Notes: generated by a model from the letters alone, not told the origin. A stretch of DNA of 32,000 nt from Edaphobacter aggregans (GCF_003945235.1 NZ_RSDW01000001.1:690001-722000); one strand, 5' to 3'; shown: positions 1-10,854, counted from the first letter of the stretch. Numbers and translations are program-made.

Positions 1-2
1 CA

Positions 3-545
3 AACAATCCCGTCATCCGCTTTCAGAATGTCAACGACATTGACATCGTCGCGGACGTGCCGGAAGGATTCATAGCCGCCGATATTCGCTCGTCCAACAT
101 TCAGCAGAGCGTCGCAGAACTCAGCACAGCGCCTGGGCGGCAGTTTCCAGTACACATCAAAGAGGTCGCACAGATAGCGGACCCGAGGACTCAGATCTTC
201 GAAGTTCGCTTTGCTCTGAAGGCTCCTCCTGGCATCACGGCGCTTCCCGGCATGACGGCCACCGTTACCATCACCACCCGAGGATCCAGAACTCCGGGCA
301 ACCTCCTTCTTGTGCCAGTCTCGGCCATCTCCAAGCAGGAAACTGGCGAGCAGGTGGTGTGGGTCCTTGGGTCAGATCAAACTGTCCATCGCCGACCGGT
401 AAAGATGGGCGCTCCTACTGGCGACAGGATTGAAATCTCTGGCGGGGTGCAACCGGGCGACCGCATCGTTGTGGCGGGAGCGTCATTCCTGCGCGAAGGC
501 ATGAAGGTTCGCGATCTGGGCGACGCGCTTGGAGGCGGCCAATAA
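3..545 (+). CDS. Efflux RND transporter periplasmic adaptor (membrane fusion protein), C-terminal part; gene starts upstream of the window
   Basis: The frame is open from base 3, with no stop before the track's GTG at 57. The translation (..NNPVIRFQNVNDIDIVADVPEGFIA..VWVLGSDQTVHRRPVKMGAPTGDRIEISGGVQPGDRIVVAGASFLREGMKV) looks like the beta-barrel and membrane-proximal domains of HlyD/AcrA-type adaptors. Its stop overlaps the pump ATG (TAATG at 543-547). Confidence 0.85.
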   Translation, partial: NNPVIRFQNVNDIDIVADVPEGFIAADIRSSNIQQSVAELSTAPGRQFPVHIKEVAQIADPRTQIFEVRFALKAPPGITALPGMTATVTITTRGSRTPGNLLLVPVSAISKQETGEQVVWVLGSDQTVHRRPVKMGAPTGDRIEISGGVQPGDRIVVAGASFLREGMKVRDLGDALGGGQ

Positions 546-3500
546 TGAGCCCAGGCGTCTACTCCGTCAAACATAGCAGGATTGTTTTCGCGTTGACGTT
601 TATCGTCATTGTGGGCGGGATCTTCGCATATCAAAATCTCGGGCGTCTGGAGGACCCGGAGTTCACGATCAAGCAAGCCCTGATCGTCACACCGTACCCG
701 GGGGGCTCCCCTCAGGAAGTGGCCCAGGAGATCACTAACCCCATTGAAAACGCCGTTCAGCAGATGGGCCAGGTTGACTACGTCGAATCGGAGTCCACGC
801 GCGGACGGTCATTGGTCCGGGTCCACATCAAAGATCAATACCACAAAGACAGAATCCCTCAGGTCTGGGACGAACTTCGTCGCAAGGTCAACGACGTCCA
901 ACCCAGATTGCCGCCTTCGGCGCGCGGCACATCGCAGGTAGTCGATGATTTCGGTGACGTTTACGGCATCTTTTTAGGGATCACTGGCAAAGGATTCTCG
1001 CAACCCGAGCTTCGTCGCTACGCAGATGCCGTCCGTCGCGAGTTGCAGTTGGTGGATGGCGTCGCCAAAGTCGATCTCTTTAGTGAGCAACAGGAGGTTG
1101 TCTTCCTCGAAATGTCGCGGTCGCGGCTGGCGCGGCTTGGCATGAATGAAAACCAGATCTATGCCCAGTTACAGGCGAGGAATGTCGTCGCAGACGGCGG
1201 ACGCGTGCGTGTAGGCGGCCAATATGTCGTGATCGATCCGACGGGCGGTTTCCGCTCGGCCGAGGACATGCTCAATTTAGTGATCGGAGCGGATACAACC
1301 GGCCGCCAACTCCTACTTCGAGATGTAGCGACGATCACACGTGGTTATGAAGATCCGCCGCGTCGCCTGTTCCGTTACGATAGCCAGCCAGCCATCGGTC
1401 TTGGCGTCTCCACAGTACCAGGCGGAAACGTAGTTACGATGGGTAAGGGCGTCCAGAAAAAACTCGATGAGATGGAACAAAACCGGCCCGTCGGCATCGA
1501 GATCCACCACGTCAACTTTCAGCCCGTCGCGGTCTCCGAAGCCACGAGAGCCTTCACTTTCAATCTGCTCAAGGCTGTCACTATTGTCTTTGTCGTGCTC
1601 CTGTTTGCGATGGGGCGCAAGGCCGGATTCATCATCGGCTTCGTGTTGTTTCTTACGATCATAGGGACTTTTCTGGTGATGAAAATCAAGGGAGGCCTCC
1701 TGCTTGAGCGTATCTCTCTTGGCGCTCTCATCATCGCGCTGTGCATGCTCACCGACAATGCGATTGTTATCACCGAAGGGCTCAAGGTCGGAATCGAAGC
1801 GGGCAAGGACAAGCTCGAAACAATTCACGATGTGGTGTCGCACAACCAGTGGCCGCTGTTCGGGGCGACAGCCATCGCAGTTTTGGCCTTTGCGGCCATC
1901 GGACTATCGGAGGATTCAGCCGGCGAGTTGCTTAGTTCCCTCTTTTGGGTCATATGCATCTCCTTGGCGCTGAGTTGGGTGGCGGCAATCACAGTCACTC
2001 CGCTGCTGGCTTACTTGTTTCTTAAGCCGAGCGCCGATGGGCATTCGGAAGAGCACGCACACGATGGCAAATTTTTCCAGATATACCGTCGCTTCCTGGT
2101 ATTCGCACTTCGTTTCCGGCTCATCGTGGTGGCAGCAACCGTTCTGCTCTTTCTCGCTGCGCTGTATGGCTTCACGAAAGTCGATCAAAGCTTCTTCCCG
2201 CCCGCGACCCGTCCGCAGTTCCTCGTGGACACCTTTTCGCCGTCCGGCACCTATATCCGCGTATCGGAACAATTTGCCGGCGAGGTCGAAAAATTCCTCC
2301 TGGCCCAGCCCGGCATCACCCACGTGTCAACGTTCGTCGGTGGCGGCGCTCTACGCTTTCTATTGGTGTACTCCACAGAACAGCCGAACACAGGTTATGT
2401 TCAGTTCCTGGTCGAGGTCGATGACTGGAGAAGGATTGACGGGTTGATTCCCAAGGTCCAAAGCTACCTGGAGCAGCATTATCCGAACGCGAACGTAAAC
2501 ACCAAGAAATTTATGCTTGGCCCCGGCAGCAGTGGACGTGTCCAGGTACGTTTCAGCGGACCCGATCCTGCAGTGCTGCGCGACCTTGCAGGTCAGACTC
2601 AAAACATCATCATCAACACTGGCAACTCGTTGGGTGTGCGCACCGACTGGCGTCAACCTGAAAAGGTGATCCGTCCGAAGGTGCTCGAACTCCAGGCGAA
2701 CCGCAACGGTCTCACCCGCGTCGACGTAGCGCAGGCCTTGGAATCTGGCTTTGCAGGACGTACGGTCGGCTTCTACCGTGAACCGCCCGGCTCCAGCGTG
2801 GGAGTATTTCCACAAGACGCAAGGCTGCTGCCGATTATCTCTCGCCCCCCTTTGGATGAGCGGAGCAACGTCAATGAGATTAACAACTTGCAAATCTGGA
2901 GCCCTGTCGCCAACAGGATGATCCCCATGAGCCAGGTTGTCTCGGGCACCGAGGTCACATGGGAAGACCCGATCATCATGCGCCGCGATCGCATGCCGAC
3001 CATTACCGTGTTTGCCGATGCGCGTACAGGTCTGCCAAGCGTATTGATGAACTCTGTGCAGCAAAAAATAGAGCAGATCAAATTGCCTCCCGGATATTCC
3101 ATGGAATGGGGCGGCGAGTACGAGGATTCCAACAGAGCCCGGACCAATCTTGCCAAACCGCTCCCGGCGGCATTGTTGGCCATGGCGTTTATCGTCGTAT
3201 GCATATTCAATTCCTTCCGTGCCATGGTAGTGGTCTGCGTCGCCGTGCCATTGGCGATCATCGGCGCCGTCGCCGGACTTCTCATAACCAACAATCCATT
3301 CGGCTTCATGTCTCTCTTGGGACTGCTCGCCCTGGGTGGCGAACAGATCAAAAACTCGATCGTCTTAGTCGAGGAGTTTTACATTCTGATGGATCGAGGG
3401 ATGGAACCATATCCAGCGATCCTGCAGGCGGGCGTAAACCGGTTGAGGCCGGTGTTACTGGTAGTCATTACAACGGTGCTTGGAATGATTCCGCTCCTAC

Positions 3501-3646
3501 TTGATCCATTTTTCGCAGGGATGGCGGCCGTCATCATGTTTGGACTGGCCTTTGCCGCTGTTCTGACCATGATCTTCGTCCCCGTGCTCTACGCCATCGT
3601 CTTTCGCGTCCCTGTTCCCGACCCGGAGAGAGCAGAGGCGCAGTGA
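545..3646 (+). CDS. Efflux RND transporter permease subunit (AcrB/HAE family)
   Basis: 1033-aa ORF with an N-terminal TM helix, large periplasmic loops and two TM bundles, as expected for RND pumps. It is translationally coupled to the adaptor and followed by an outer-membrane factor gene. Confidence 0.93.
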   Translation: MSPGVYSVKHSRIVFALTFIVIVGGIFAYQNLGRLEDPEFTIKQALIVTPYPGGSPQEVAQEITNPIENAVQQMGQVDYVESESTRGRSLVRVHIKDQYHKDRIPQVWDELRRKVNDVQPRLPPSARGTSQVVDDFGDVYGIFLGITGKGFSQPELRRYADAVRRELQLVDGVAKVDLFSEQQEVVFLEMSRSRLARLGMNENQIYAQLQARNVVADGGRVRVGGQYVVIDPTGGFRSAEDMLNLVIGADTTGRQLLLRDVATITRGYEDPPRRLFRYDSQPAIGLGVSTVPGGNVVTMGKGVQKKLDEMEQNRPVGIEIHHVNFQPVAVSEATRAFTFNLLKAVTIVFVVLLFAMGRKAGFIIGFVLFLTIIGTFLVMKIKGGLLLERISLGALIIALCMLTDNAIVITEGLKVGIEAGKDKLETIHDVVSHNQWPLFGATAIAVLAFAAIGLSEDSAGELLSSLFWVICISLALSWVAAITVTPLLAYLFLKPSADGHSEEHAHDGKFFQIYRRFLVFALRFRLIVVAATVLLFLAALYGFTKVDQSFFPPATRPQFLVDTFSPSGTYIRVSEQFAGEVEKFLLAQPGITHVSTFVGGGALRFLLVYSTEQPNTGYVQFLVEVDDWRRIDGLIPKVQSYLEQHYPNANVNTKKFMLGPGSSGRVQVRFSGPDPAVLRDLAGQTQNIIINTGNSLGVRTDWRQPEKVIRPKVLELQANRNGLTRVDVAQALESGFAGRTVGFYREPPGSSVGVFPQDARLLPIISRPPLDERSNVNEINNLQIWSPVANRMIPMSQVVSGTEVTWEDPIIMRRDRMPTITVFADARTGLPSVLMNSVQQKIEQIKLPPGYSMEWGGEYEDSNRARTNLAKPLPAALLAMAFIVVCIFNSFRAMVVVCVAVPLAIIGAVAGLLITNNPFGFMSLLGLLALGGEQIKNSIVLVEEFYILMDRGMEPYPAILQAGVNRLRPVLLVVITTVLGMIPLLLDPFFAGMAAVIMFGLAFAAVLTMIFVPVLYAIVFRVPVPDPERAEAQ

Positions 3647-3671
3647 CCAGTTCAGAGGAAGGATCCGACCC

Positions 3672-5243
3672 ATGAACAACAAAGGATCAAACTCGAGCGC
3701 AGAAACACCGCACAACGTTCGCCGTCCGATTTTTGCCTCTTCCGTCGGATTCGCGAAACGAAAAAGCTGCTGGCCCTTTAATCCTCGCCCAGCACTCGTC
3801 CTTCCCTTGTTCTTACTCCTGCCGGGTTGCGCCGTCGGCCCCAACTACAAGCGTCCTCCCGTAGCCGCCCCGACAGTCTTTCGAGGCCCCACCGAAACAG
3901 CACAGGCACAGCAGGCCTCCTTCGCCGACCTGCCGTGGTGGGATATCTTCCACGATGAGACTCTGACAGCACTCATCAAGACCGCGCTGGCCAACAACTA
4001 CGATCTTGCCGTTGCCGTTGCCCGCGTCGAACAGGCAAACCAGATTGTCGCCCAAGCCAGGTCGCAATACTTCCCCACTCTTGGCTATGCGATCTATCCA
4101 AGTTACGGCCACAATCAGTTCATCTATAGTCCTATCGCCCCACCCAGTGGAGCTCAAGGATTCCTGATGGCCATAGCCCGCGCATCATGGGAGCCCGATC
4201 TCTGGGGCCGTATCCGCCGCACGAATGAGGGCGCACGGGCCCAGCTTCTCGCGACCGAGGAAGCCCGCCGCGGAGTCATGCTGACCTTAGTCAGTAATGT
4301 CTCCCAAGCCTACTTCGAACTTCTTGGACTCCGCCTTCAGCTCGAGGTCGCCAACGAGTCCAAGCAGTCATTCACCACCACCCTCACACTCGTGACACAA
4401 CGTGTCCATGAAGGCCTCGGCAATGAACTGCAGACATCGCGCGCTGCAAGCGATCTGGCCAGCGCTTCCGGCAGCATACCGGAGCTCGAACGGCAAATTG
4501 CACTCAAGGAAAACCAGCTCAGTCTATTGATGGGCAAGGACCCCGGCCCGATCGACACGAAACCAAAATTCCTTGGCGAAATCCCACCCGAAGTCCCAGC
4601 AGGATTGCCCTCCACCCTGCTCGAGCGCCGACCCGACATACTCGCAGCCGAGGCAGCGATGAAGAATGCAAATGCCCAGATCGGCGTAGCGCAGGCAGCA
4701 TTCTTTCCAACCTTTGGCCTCTCGACATTCTTCGGTAAATTAAGCACGCCGCTGGAGCGGCTCTCCTCCAGTCAGACGAACGCCTGGAGCCTCGCCGCAA
4801 GTCTGTCAGGCCCCGTCTTTACTGCTGGCGCTATTACGGCTCAGAAACAACAGGCAATCGCTTCTTGGGAACAAACGAAGGCGCAATACAACCAAACCGC
4901 GTTGAGCGCTTTTCGTGATGTCTCCGACGCCCTCATCACCCGCGAGAAACTTGACGCCACCCGAGCCGAACAAGCCAAGGCCGTGCAATCGAACGAAGAT
5001 GCGGTTCGTCTTATGTCGCTGCGTTTCACAAACGGAAGGGTCAGCGGTCTCGATGTTCTCGAGTCCAAGCAGCGACTCTATTCCTCCCAGCTAGCCATTA
5101 GCCAGACCGAGATCAACCGCCGTCTCATCATCGTCCAGCTCTACAGAGCGTTGGGCGGAGGATGGAACCTGACCGACGCGCAATGGATGGCTGCCAACTC
5201 CCAGCCCAGTACGCAGAATCCGCCGCCAAGCACGAAACCGTAG
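3672..5243 (+). CDS. RND efflux outer-membrane factor lipoprotein, NodT family
   Basis: 523 aa with lipobox LLLPGC followed by AVGPNYKRP, the NodT hallmark. TolC-like repeats are present (LTLxxALxxAxxNNxDL). An SD (GAGGAAGGA) lies about 10 nt upstream. It is the third gene of the adaptor-pump-OMF operon. Confidence 0.92.
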   Translation: MNNKGSNSSAETPHNVRRPIFASSVGFAKRKSCWPFNPRPALVLPLFLLLPGCAVGPNYKRPPVAAPTVFRGPTETAQAQQASFADLPWWDIFHDETLTALIKTALANNYDLAVAVARVEQANQIVAQARSQYFPTLGYAIYPSYGHNQFIYSPIAPPSGAQGFLMAIARASWEPDLWGRIRRTNEGARAQLLATEEARRGVMLTLVSNVSQAYFELLGLRLQLEVANESKQSFTTTLTLVTQRVHEGLGNELQTSRAASDLASASGSIPELERQIALKENQLSLLMGKDPGPIDTKPKFLGEIPPEVPAGLPSTLLERRPDILAAEAAMKNANAQIGVAQAAFFPTFGLSTFFGKLSTPLERLSSSQTNAWSLAASLSGPVFTAGAITAQKQQAIASWEQTKAQYNQTALSAFRDVSDALITREKLDATRAEQAKAVQSNEDAVRLMSLRFTNGRVSGLDVLESKQRLYSSQLAISQTEINRRLIIVQLYRALGGGWNLTDAQWMAANSQPSTQNPPPSTKP

Positions 5244-5465
5244 AATGGCTATTTTTCTTTCAGCGTAAGCATGGGATTGCTCCTTTTGCGCTGATTCGAA
5301 CTGCCCTCGCTGGATCGGACACGTAGTCTTTTCCCAAGACTTCATCACTTCGTCAGCGTAGCTTCACCATTCATACATTTCAGGAGTAGTAGTCTGTCTA
5401 AGCTACTTTGAAGAAGACGTCGAATCTACGTCAGGGAACCATCAACTATTTGAAAAGGGGCGAAT

Positions 5466-6488
5466 ATGCAACTTGGAATGGTAGGCATGGGAAGGATGGG
5501 AGCGAATATGGTTCGTAGGCTGGTAACGCACGGCCACGAATGTGTCGTCTTCGATAGGTCTCCCAAAGTAGTCGAGGAGATGGCGAAAGAAAAGGGAATT
5601 GCTGGCTCCTCCTCGTTGCAGGATCTTGTAAACAAGTTGGCCAAACCACGCGCGATCTGGTTAATGATTCCGGCGGGAGTCGTCGAACAAACAATTGCGG
5701 AGATCGCTCCTCATCTCGAGCCAGACGACATCCTGATCGACGGTGGCAACTCCTACTACATTGACGATATCCGTCGTGCCAAAGTACTCGCTCCGAAAGG
5801 TATTCACTACATCGATGTAGGAACCAGCGGAGGCGTATGGGGATTGGAACGCGGCTACTGCATGATGATAGGCGGGCCAAAGGCTGCTATTGAGCATCTC
5901 GACCCTATCTTCAAAACAATCGCGCCAGGAATCGGAGATATCCCGCGCACTCCCGGTTTTGAAAAGATAGGTGGCACAGCAGAACTGGGCTATCTGCACT
6001 GTGGAGATAGCGGCGGCGGTCACTTCGTCAAGATGGTCCACAATGGTATCGAGTACGGCATGATGGCCGCGTATGCTGAGGGTCTGGCCGTATTGAAAGC
6101 CGCTGATATTGGCAAACAGACGGGCGAGATCGATGCCGAAACGACACCGCTCCGCGACCCCGAAAACTATCAATACGACTTCAACTTGACTGAGATCGCT
6201 GAAGTCTGGCGTCGAGGCAGTGTGATCGCTTCCTGGCTGTTGGACCTGACCGCAGCAGCACTCGCACAAGACCCTGCACTCACGAAATTTGGCGGTAGGG
6301 TGTCAGATTCCGGAGAAGGTCGTTGGACGATCAAAGCCGCGATCGATGAGGGCGTGCCGGCTCCAGTTCTCACTACAGCTCTCTACGAGAGATTCAGTTC
6401 TCGAGGACAAGCAGACTTCTCCGACAAACTTTTATCCGCGATGCGCTATGAGTTCGGTGGTCATCTTGAGAAGCCAGCCGCCAAGTAA
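5466..6488 (+). CDS. gnd: 6-phosphogluconate dehydrogenase (decarboxylating), short-type
   Basis: 340 aa with an N-terminal Rossmann motif MQLGMVGMGRMGANMVRRL, plus CGDSGGGHFVKMVHNGIEYGMM and GEGRWT motifs typical of short Gnd/YqeC-type 6PGDH. It sits directly upstream of zwf. Confidence 0.9.
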   Translation: MQLGMVGMGRMGANMVRRLVTHGHECVVFDRSPKVVEEMAKEKGIAGSSSLQDLVNKLAKPRAIWLMIPAGVVEQTIAEIAPHLEPDDILIDGGNSYYIDDIRRAKVLAPKGIHYIDVGTSGGVWGLERGYCMMIGGPKAAIEHLDPIFKTIAPGIGDIPRTPGFEKIGGTAELGYLHCGDSGGGHFVKMVHNGIEYGMMAAYAEGLAVLKAADIGKQTGEIDAETTPLRDPENYQYDFNLTEIAEVWRRGSVIASWLLDLTAAALAQDPALTKFGGRVSDSGEGRWTIKAAIDEGVPAPVLTTALYERFSSRGQADFSDKLLSAMRYEFGGHLEKPAAK

Positions 6489-6512
6489 CTTCGCAAGCAT
6501 GAAGGGAGAAAT

Positions 6513-7964
6513 ATGAGTCAACCGCATTCCGACGCGCTGGTCTTCTTTGGTGCTACCGGCGATCTTGCCTACAAGAAGATCTTTCCTGCGCTCCAATCGA
6601 TGATCAAGCGTGGCAATCTCAACGTCCCGGTCGTCGGCGTAGCAAAGGCCGGGTGGAATCTCGATCAGCTCAAGGCACGCGCCAAGGACAGCCTCGAACA
6701 GCACGGTGGCCTCGATCCCGCGGCATGGGCAAAGCTCAGTTCCCTGCTCCACTACGTCGACGGCGACTACTCCGACTCCGCCACCTTCACCGCAGTACGC
6801 AAGGAGCTTGGATCCGCCGAGAGACCCGCTCACTATCTTGCAATCCCGCCTTCGCTCTTTGAAAAGGTCGTGGAGCAGTTGGTGCTATCGGGCTCTGCCA
6901 AGGGAGCACGCATTATCGTCGAGAAGCCCTTCGGTCACGATCTTGCCTCCGCCCAGGAACTAAACCGGATCTTGCTCTCAGTGTTCCCGGAGTCATCGAT
7001 CTTTCGCATCGATCACTACCTTGCGAAGGCTCCCGTCCACAATATGGTGTCCTTTCGCTTCTCCAACTCCTTTCTGGAGCCGCTCTGGAACCGGGATTAC
7101 ATCGAGAGTGTGCAAATCACAATGGCGGAGAATTTCGGCGTGCAGGGCCGGGGCTCTTTTTACGATCAGACCGGTGCGATTCGCGACGTCGTTCAGAACC
7201 ATATCTTCCAGATCATGTGCAATCTTGCTATGGAGTGCCCTGCACGAAGCGACAGTGAGTCCATACGCGATGAAAAAGTTAAGGTGTTGAAGGCAATTCC
7301 GCCTGTGGACCCGAAGAACCTCATCCGTGGCCAGTTTCGCGGCTATCTGGAAGAAAAAGGTGTCGCACCGAACTCACAGGTGGAGACCTTTGCGGCCCTC
7401 CAGCTTGAGATCAAATCGTGGCGATGGGACGGTGTGCCGTTCTACATACGCGCGGGGAAGAACCTGCCGGTTACCTGCACGGAGGTAATGGCTCGCCTCC
7501 GCAAGCCACCCACGACCAATTTGACCGAGATCAACGTGCAACAGAACTACGTTCGTTTCCGCATCAGCCCGGAGATGACAGTAGCGATGGCGGTTTCAGT
7601 CGCCTCGCCCACTGGAGCCAGCCCACGAGAGGAGGTCGAGATGGTAGCCAGCCGCCACCCACGTCCTGAAGAGATGGAAGCATACGAGCGTGTCCTGAGC
7701 GATGCCATGGCAGGGGATGCCACGCTGTTCGCACGACAGGACTATGTCGAAGAAGCTTGGCGAATCGTCGATCCTGTCCTAAAGGCGTCAACCCCGATCT
7801 ACGTCTATGAGCCGCACACATGGGGACCGCAAGAGGTCGAACAGACCGTCGTCCCGACCGGAGGATGGGACGAGCCGCAAGCCGAAGAATTGGAGGACTT
7901 CCGGTTGGTCGGACAGTCTAAACAGCCTCCGATTGCTGAACCCCATGTACAGCCGTTGACATAA
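6513..7964 (+). CDS. zwf: Glucose-6-phosphate 1-dehydrogenase
   Basis: 483 aa carrying [16 protein letters not shown] (NADP site), EKPFGHDL and RIDHYLAK (the RIDHYLGK active-site motif). An SD (GAAGGGAG) lies upstream. Confidence 0.95.
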   Translation: MSQPHSDALVFFGATGDLAYKKIFPALQSMIKRGNLNVPVVGVAKAGWNLDQLKARAKDSLEQHGGLDPAAWAKLSSLLHYVDGDYSDSATFTAVRKELGSAERPAHYLAIPPSLFEKVVEQLVLSGSAKGARIIVEKPFGHDLASAQELNRILLSVFPESSIFRIDHYLAKAPVHNMVSFRFSNSFLEPLWNRDYIESVQITMAENFGVQGRGSFYDQTGAIRDVVQNHIFQIMCNLAMECPARSDSESIRDEKVKVLKAIPPVDPKNLIRGQFRGYLEEKGVAPNSQVETFAALQLEIKSWRWDGVPFYIRAGKNLPVTCTEVMARLRKPPTTNLTEINVQQNYVRFRISPEMTVAMAVSVASPTGASPREEVEMVASRHPRPEEMEAYERVLSDAMAGDATLFARQDYVEEAWRIVDPVLKASTPIYVYEPHTWGPQEVEQTVVPTGGWDEPQAEELEDFRLVGQSKQPPIAEPHVQPLT

Positions 7965-8007
7965 ACACTCGTCAGGCAGCTGGTTAAGGGATGATTTTGA
8001 CTTGTAT

Positions 8008-8808
8008 CTAAGCTTGTCTTCGAATTCCATCCTGAGCCAGCCAGGATGCGTTCGCTGCACCCCCCGGATTCCAGCGAAGATATCCAATCCCAGCCCATCC
8101 CTGATGTTGATCCTGGATCAATTCTTCCGACTCGTACTGAGGCTTAATCTCCGACCAGAAACGGTCGACCTCACAACCTGTCGACGGGGGATGTGCGGCA
8201 ATATCGTGGAAAGCGATCAGTCCGCCAGGGGCAACAAACCTGCTGTAAAACTCGAAATCCTGTTTCACATCCTGATAAGTATGCCCTCCATCAATGAACA
8301 GAAAATCGACTTGCCTTCCATTGAGAAGTTCGGCGGTTTTTTCCAGGATCGATTGACTGTGGGAGTCGCCACGGAGGAGATCTATGCGTTGCCGACCCCG
8401 TGCAAAAGAGCGATAGATCGGACTGCGCCATACGCCATAACCGTCGCCGAAGTTGCCAGCCGGCAGATCGATACTAATCAGATAGGAGTCTTCTGGAATA
8501 ACCCGGGTCCAGCAGAATAGGGTGCCACCTCTGGCCGTCCCGATTTCCAGCACAGTCTGAGGCTTCAGTTCCCGCACTACTTTCAGCAGTGACAGGAATT
8601 CCGAACGCACTTGGATTGTGTAAATGAATCCGTGGTAAGCGGAGTTCGTAAAATCCATCAGACTATCAAGATCTTCAAACGCCGGTTGTCCTTTGAGACC
8701 CCAGTACGCAGAGGTCGTTCCCATAAACTCGTTCGTTATTCGCTGTATCACAGGACCCACACCGTGCGTTTTCAGGACCCGTCTAGCTTTGTGTACGGTG
8801 AGCAACAT
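8008..8808 (-). CDS. Class I SAM-dependent methyltransferase (CmcI/Methyltransf_24-like)
   Basis: 266 aa with VLEIGTARGGTLFCW (SAM motif I), a DFLFIDGGHTY..DFEFY acidic loop and GGLIAFHDI. Convergent with zwf. Confidence 0.75.
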   Translation of the reverse strand: MLLTVHKARRVLKTHGVGPVIQRITNEFMGTTSAYWGLKGQPAFEDLDSLMDFTNSAYHGFIYTIQVRSEFLSLLKVVRELKPQTVLEIGTARGGTLFCWTRVIPEDSYLISIDLPAGNFGDGYGVWRSPIYRSFARGRQRIDLLRGDSHSQSILEKTAELLNGRQVDFLFIDGGHTYQDVKQDFEFYSRFVAPGGLIAFHDIAAHPPSTGCEVDRFWSEIKPQYESEELIQDQHQGWAGIGYLRWNPGGAANASWLAQDGIRRQA

Positions 8809-9200
8809 GATTGCCTAACCGTAGCCAGGCCGAACCGACGAAAAGGCCGTCCCGCTACTCAAAGTTGATTTCCAAACCTCAGCACGACATGGGAAGAATC
8901 AATTCTGTAGCGAACAAAACGATAAAATCGATAGAGTCTGGATTAATTCTACTTTTCACGAACGTATCACGTCAAGATAATTCCTGGAATTTGCCGTATT
9001 GACGCCGAGCCGCCGACTGTAGACATGTTGCGTCCACTGTCGGAGCAGAGCCAAAAAACGTATGCGTCATACTTCAGGTGAACGCAAACCATGAACACCC
9101 ATAGCTACACTCAGATGCGTTCCAAACGCAGAGCGAACACCAAGTCGTACAGATGGTTGCCTGTAAAGGGGGGAGTTATCGGTAGTATGTAAAACGATAG

Positions 9201-9238
9201 CCAAAACAATAGAACCCCACTCTCAGGCGGGGTTCTAT
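9201..9238 (-). terminator. Intrinsic terminator downstream of the tRNA
   Basis: 10-bp stem ATAGAACCCC (9209-9218) / GGGGTTCTAT (9229-9238) with a 10-nt loop. On the minus strand it is followed by TGTTTTGG. It starts 17 nt after the tRNA CCA end. Confidence 0.6.
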
Positions 9239-9254
9239 GGGGTGATTCCCTAAA

Positions 9255-9331
<77 letters not shown>

Positions 9332-9336
9332 CTTTG

Positions 9337-9365
9337 AATATACCGTGACTACGCCCTTCGGTCAA
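9337..9365 (-). promoter_or_regulatory. Sigma-70-like promoter for the initiator tRNA
   Basis: The minus strand reads TTGACC (9365-9360), a 17-nt spacer, then TATATT (9342-9337). The -10 element ends 6 nt before the tRNA 5' end. Confidence 0.5.
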
Positions 9366-9508
9366 TGGTTCGACAGCTGCATTGCCCGCATCCCCTTGCA
9401 TCGATAATCCATAGAGTTGGCCGTAACTTTTGCCAGAAAATGGAGTCTGCATAAATGTAGGAATTGCGCGGTGAAACCAACCATCGCGCAATGGGTCACG
9501 GAGGACCG

Positions 9509-10807
9509 ATGGAGAAGAGTACCAATCTCTCTACACTTTCAAGAGTGGCATCTTTTGCCGTTCTGCTTGTACTATCTAGCATTGCCTTTGCGCAGGCCCA
9601 ACCGGCGACTGTGCCTGATGCTCAGATCGAATCCAACGTTCTGAAGGCCTTGGCGAGTTCATCCACATTAGCCGATCAGTCCATCAGCACGACCACCGTG
9701 TACGGCACCGTCACGCTAAGCGGCACCGTTCGTGATGAGGCATCGCGAGACTTGGCAGAAAAGGTCGTCTCCACCACCGAGGGCGTGAAAAAAGTAGTCG
9801 ACGAGCTGACCATCGGAACGTCGGCTCCAGCAGCCGCTGGCGTCCCACAGCAGCCCGAGAACCCCGCCGACCAGGGCACGAACCCCAACCTCCAGTCCGA
9901 CGGCACTATGGCTCCCTCAGCGCCTCAGCAAACGCAGACTGCGCCGCCTCAACAGACACAGTCCGCGCCGCCTCAAAGCTATCCCAACGACTCCGCCCCG
10001 CCACAGGCGTCAGTGCAGCAGCAGCCCCCGCCACAGGCTCCCTATGGCCCCTATCGCCAACCATATGGGCGCCCATATGGACCACCACCCTCCGGTTACA
10101 ACCAGCCACAGCCCTATGCCTATCCCCAGCAGCAGCCAATGGTCGCACAGAGGGGCGGCGATGCGGTCATTGTTCCCGCTGGCACCGTGCTGCGCGTGCG
10201 TATCAACCAGGGCATGGACAGCCGTAAGACTGCTCCTGGAACCCCGTTCGATGGAATCGTCCTCAGCGATGTCATCGCCGGTGGATCGATCGCCATCCCG
10301 CGCGGTGCTACCGTCCAGGGCGTCGTGACCGACGTTCATGACGCAGGCCAGTTCAAGGGCCGCGGCGGGCTCTCCCTGCAACTCACGCAGGTAGCCTTGG
10401 GCGGCCAGGTTTACCCGCTCGTGTCGAGCCTCTGGTCGCAACAGGGCGCAGACAAGACGGGATCCACCGTCGGCAATACCGTCGGTCTCAGCGCAGTCGG
10501 CGCAATGATCGGCGCGATCGCTGGCGGCGGCGTCGGGGCAGCGGTCGGCGCTGGCGTCGGCGGAGTCGCTGGCCTTGGCGTCTCCTCGGCATCGCGGCAG
10601 GGAGAGGTGATGATACCTGCAGAAGCGATCCTGAGCTTTAGTCTCACCCAGCCAACAGAGTTGACCACTGTGTCCCAGGCCGAACTGAACCGTCTAGGTG
10701 CCGGCGTTCCGGTCGGAGGACAACCGGCCCAATTGCAACGGCGCTACCCACCACCGCCACCCCCGCCCTATTATTACGGACCGGCCTACTACTATCCGCG
10801 TTACTAA
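9509..10807 (+). CDS. BON domain-containing secreted protein with P/Q-rich linker and glycine-zipper segment
   Basis: The track ORF begins at a TTG (9464), but the ATG at 9509 has GGAGGA 4 nt upstream. Features in order: signal peptide (..LSSIAFAQA), a BON domain (IESNVLKALA..VYGTVTLSGTVRDEASRDLAEKVVSTTEGVKKVVDELTI), a P/Q/Y-rich low-complexity region, a glycine zipper (GAMIGAIAGGGVGAAVGAGVGGVAGLG) and a PPPPPPPYYYGPAYYYPRY tail. Confidence 0.8.
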   Translation: MEKSTNLSTLSRVASFAVLLVLSSIAFAQAQPATVPDAQIESNVLKALASSSTLADQSISTTTVYGTVTLSGTVRDEASRDLAEKVVSTTEGVKKVVDELTIGTSAPAAAGVPQQPENPADQGTNPNLQSDGTMAPSAPQQTQTAPPQQTQSAPPQSYPNDSAPPQASVQQQPPPQAPYGPYRQPYGRPYGPPPSGYNQPQPYAYPQQQPMVAQRGGDAVIVPAGTVLRVRINQGMDSRKTAPGTPFDGIVLSDVIAGGSIAIPRGATVQGVVTDVHDAGQFKGRGGLSLQLTQVALGGQVYPLVSSLWSQQGADKTGSTVGNTVGLSAVGAMIGAIAGGGVGAAVGAGVGGVAGLGVSSASRQGEVMIPAEAILSFSLTQPTELTTVSQAELNRLGAGVPVGGQPAQLQRRYPPPPPPPYYYGPAYYYPRY

Positions 10808-10854
10808 CGCTATTCGAAGGGAAGCAGTTGCAAAGCTGCTTCCCTTCCTTTATC

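Noticed and set aside
9090-9191. 33-codon basic ORF (MNTHSYTQMRSKRRANTKSYRWLPVKGGVIGSM) with a weak AGGTGA upstream
   Set aside because: There is no paralog, no conservation evidence and no proper terminator for the plus strand. It cannot be told apart from a chance ORF.
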